DNA of 61,300 nucleotides, counting the filler, from Fonticula-like sp. SCN 57-25 (taxonomy: Eukaryota), in the NCBI GenBank assembly GCA_001724245.1. It is 2 parts of 2 records of this genome, joined end to end, with 100 filler letters (N's around TTAATTAATTAA, not from the genome) between each part and the next. Parts side by side here need not be neighbours in the genome. Positions count along the whole stretch, not along the records: positions 31,214 to 61,300 come from MEDX01000047.1; 1 more part is not named here. The stretch is one strand, 5' to 3'. The notes beneath the pieces were generated by a model, which saw nothing but the letters and a program-made list of their open reading frames with translations, ran no database searches and was not told the DNA's origin. Within the stretch, counting starts at the first letter, position 1; every line of letters begins with the position of its first letter. Both the position numbers and the translations under genes were made by a program. Below, one piece after another: positions 58,515-61,300 of the stretch.

Positions 58515-61300
58515 CTAATCGTAGCTCTGAATACTCGTATACTCCCCATACATATTCCCCTTCCCCCCTCTCTTCTTCTTCCACACAACACTACCGATCC
58601 CCACCACGATCAACAATGCGCCACCCGCGATCCCCCCCACCCACACCCACCACACCACACCCAAATACACATACAGGTCCGTCCGCAAATCCTCACTCAG
58701 CTCTGACGTAATCACTGCATCCTGTGATGTCCACGTGAGCGGGAACATTACATTTTTCACCATATTGGGTGCAGTCATTCCATAATTGGCATCAGCGCTA
58801 ATAAGCGTGTTCACCTGCAATTTGACGGACGATTCCATGGCGAGGCCTGTGATTGGTTCGATCCAGACAAAACTGCCGCACTCTTCCCACGTGGCCGGAG
58901 GGATGCCGATGAGGCGATCGGTCCAATTGGAAGAGACGAGGAGGAAGCGCGGCTGGCAATAGTAGATGGGGGCGCCGTTGATGGACTCGGCATTGACAAA
59001 GCCGGTGAATTCAGGGGTGAGGTCAAAGGCGGGGTTGGGGTCATATGTGGTGTTGCTCATGGCGAGACTAGAGAAAAGAGGGGGAAAAAAGTGAAGAAAA
59101 GAGAAGAAAAAGAGAAGAAAAAGAGAGAAAAAAGAACAAAAAAGTGTTAGTAAATGATGATGCCCAATAGTGCATAATGACCACCCAATACTGCATAATG
59201 AATGATACCCAATACTGCATAATGACACGTGATACCCAATACTGCATAATGACCCAATGTGTATAATGACCCAACACTGACCCAATACTGCATACACACT
59301 CACACTCACTCTTTTCCCTTTCTTTCCCTTTCCTTCTATTCTATTCTATTCTATTCCCTTTCCCTTTCACTTCCTCTCCCCTTCCACCCCCCTTCCTCTC
59401 CCCTTTTACTTACCGATAGACGACAAAGTCATCGTAGTATAGACTCTTATGCACTCCCTCATCCACAAAGTCAACTGCCCTTCCATGGTCAGGGCTCCAG
59501 CATGGAATTGTGCCAAGGGTGTCGGGAAGGCGACCGCGGCCGTCAATAGGAGAGGGGACAAACTGGCCCTGTTTGGAAGAGTTAGAAGTGAGGAAAGAGT
59601 GAGGAAAGAATGAGGAAAGTGAAGTAAAAGAGAGAAAAGAGAGAGAAAAAGGATAGACAATACTAGGGTTAAATAGGACATTACTAGGGTTATACTAGGG
59701 TTATACAAGACATTACTAGGGTTACATAATGATACAGTAACACAATACAAGGGTTATATAGTGATATACAAGGGTTTTACTAGGGTTTTACAGTGACCCA
59801 TACAATGACCCATACCATACATGACCATACATGACCATACACACTCATACACACTCATATGACACCATACACACTCATACTCTATACTATACAAACACAC
59901 TATACACATACACACTCATATGATACCATATACACACACTATGCTACACTCATACACACCCACACACTATACTATACACACACACACTCATACACACACA
60001 CTCATACACTCATTCACACAATATCCTCTTTCCTTCCATAACCCTTCCCTTTCCCTATTATAACCCTCCCTTTCCCTTCTATTCCCTATTCCAACCCTTC
60101 CCTTTTCCTCTTCCCTCATCTTCCCCATATTCTCCCCCTCTTCGTACCCATCCACTGTTACCACTAACAGTAATATTACTCCCCCCAAACCAATCCGTAA
60201 TCACCCTCTTCCCATCAAACATTGTCACCTGCTCCACTTCATTCACATCCGCATATCCAGTGCGCACTTCAGTGAAGCCTTGGCGGGAATCGGCCATGGC
60301 TTCGGAAGTGTCGTCGGTGAAAAAGTTGGCTTCGGGGGCGTAGGGTTGGAGCAGTTTGAGGAGAGGGTCGTCATAGTGCTGATTGGGTGTTAGTGAAGGT
60401 GTCACGTGTGGATTGTGTCACGTGAGAATCATATACATCATATACACATACACTCATACACTACACTGTACCATACACACACTCATACACACACTCATGG
60501 ACACACTCATGGACACACTATTATGATCATGTGATCATATGGTCACGTGATCACACTCATGCACTCATACACACTCATACACACACACACTGACTGTTCA
60601 CTCATACACTCATAGACACACTCAATGATCACGTGATCATACAGTAACACTCATACACACACACTCATACACTCATGAACACTCATATAATCACGTGATC
60701 ATATGGTGTGCACACTCATACACACACACACACTCATACACACACACACTGTATAGATACACATACCATATGATCACGTGATCATACAGTGATACACACA
60801 CACACACACAGTGATACTCTCATACACACACACACTGTGATACACACACAGTGTCATTCACACTATATTATCACGTGATCATACTGTTCACACACTCATA
60901 CACAGTGAAACTCTTATACATACAGTGATACACACCCATACTACTACTACACACTCATACTACTACTACTCCCCTTTCTCCCTCTCTTTTCCCATGCGTA
61001 CCCACAACCAACTCTTTGCCTCCAAACTGATAATCACCCCCGCCCCCTCATCAATCACCGCCCCTCTATACATATCCCCCCCATACGCCTCACTCTGACT
61101 CACCTGATACCTCAACAGCATCCTCACCTGCTCACTATTCACACCAAAATACTCTAATAGATACTCATCATCACCAATATGAGTGTATAATAGTTCCAGT
61201 TTGGCAGGGTCAGATGCAATGCCATATGGGCCATATAGAAGGGTGCGGGTGGAGGCGACGGAGAGGGAGAGGGAGGGGGAGGAGGGGAGGGGGCAGCGGG
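58515..61300 (-). CDS. CD36/LIMP-2 scavenger receptor class B family protein, 3' part; introns 59068-59413, 59569-60147, 60379-61001
   Basis: WLW/HYDDPLLKLL, VRTG..VNEV, VSGNSG.GQF, APIYYCQPRFL, WIEPITGLAMESSVKLQVN, FPLTW, C-terminal TM helix and tyrosine-containing tail (YTSI). Confidence 0.85.
59163..59295. repeat. Minisatellite CCCAATACTGCATAATGA, 5-6 degenerate copies, intronic
   Basis: Directly visible tandem copies. Confidence 0.85.
59661..59790 (+). repeat. Cluster of telomere-like (CT)AGGGTT motifs in CD36 intron
   Basis: Five CTAGGGTT and two AAGGGTT within 130 bp. Confidence 0.7.
60400..60960. repeat. CA-rich microsatellite intron punctuated by ATGATCACGTGATCAT-type palindromes
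   Basis: (CA)n and cactcata repeats with seven CACGTG cores. Confidence 0.85.

Noticed and set aside
54854-60188. Phe/Leu/Ser/Tyr-rich small ORFs in the distal region
   Set aside because: Translations of low-complexity introns and spacers; only the exon portions are coding.
55563-61000. CRISPR-like repeat-spacer arrays
   Set aside because: Repeats are degenerate micro/minisatellites in eukaryotic introns, with no constant repeat, unique spacers or cas genes.

Overview
Eukaryotic, extremely gene-dense, GC-rich nuclear sequence with about 28 protein genes, one initiator tRNA and one likely pseudogene. Most introns are short (about 40-60 nt), GT-AG, with GTRCG donors and CTRAC-like branch points. 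The window is two contigs joined by an artificial 100-nt N/TTAATTAATTAA/N spacer (31114-31213). Gene content mixes fungal-type genes (MDM34, SIP5-like, DUF1752) with genes lost in most fungi (COMMD7, myotrophin, CD36, BLTP3/SHIP164), which suggests a unicellular opisthokont such as a nucleariid (inference). Most genes are housekeeping. Highlights: (1) a secreted two-domain ceruloplasmin-type multicopper oxidase with all copper ligands, i.e. one third of a ceruloplasmin; (2) a right-end domain (from about 45-54 kb onward) where introns grow 5-10 fold, carry complementary purine and pyrimidine arms, and in the CD36 introns keep CpG almost only inside CACGTG boxes, with telomere-like repeats; (3) tRNA-iMet 62 nt upstream of the methionine-salvage gene MRI1; (4) a Crinkler-type REase-kinase fragment; (5) a DDX60-like helicase; (6) divergent gene pairs with only about 60-180 bp between start codons. 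All family calls come from motif recognition by eye, not database searches.
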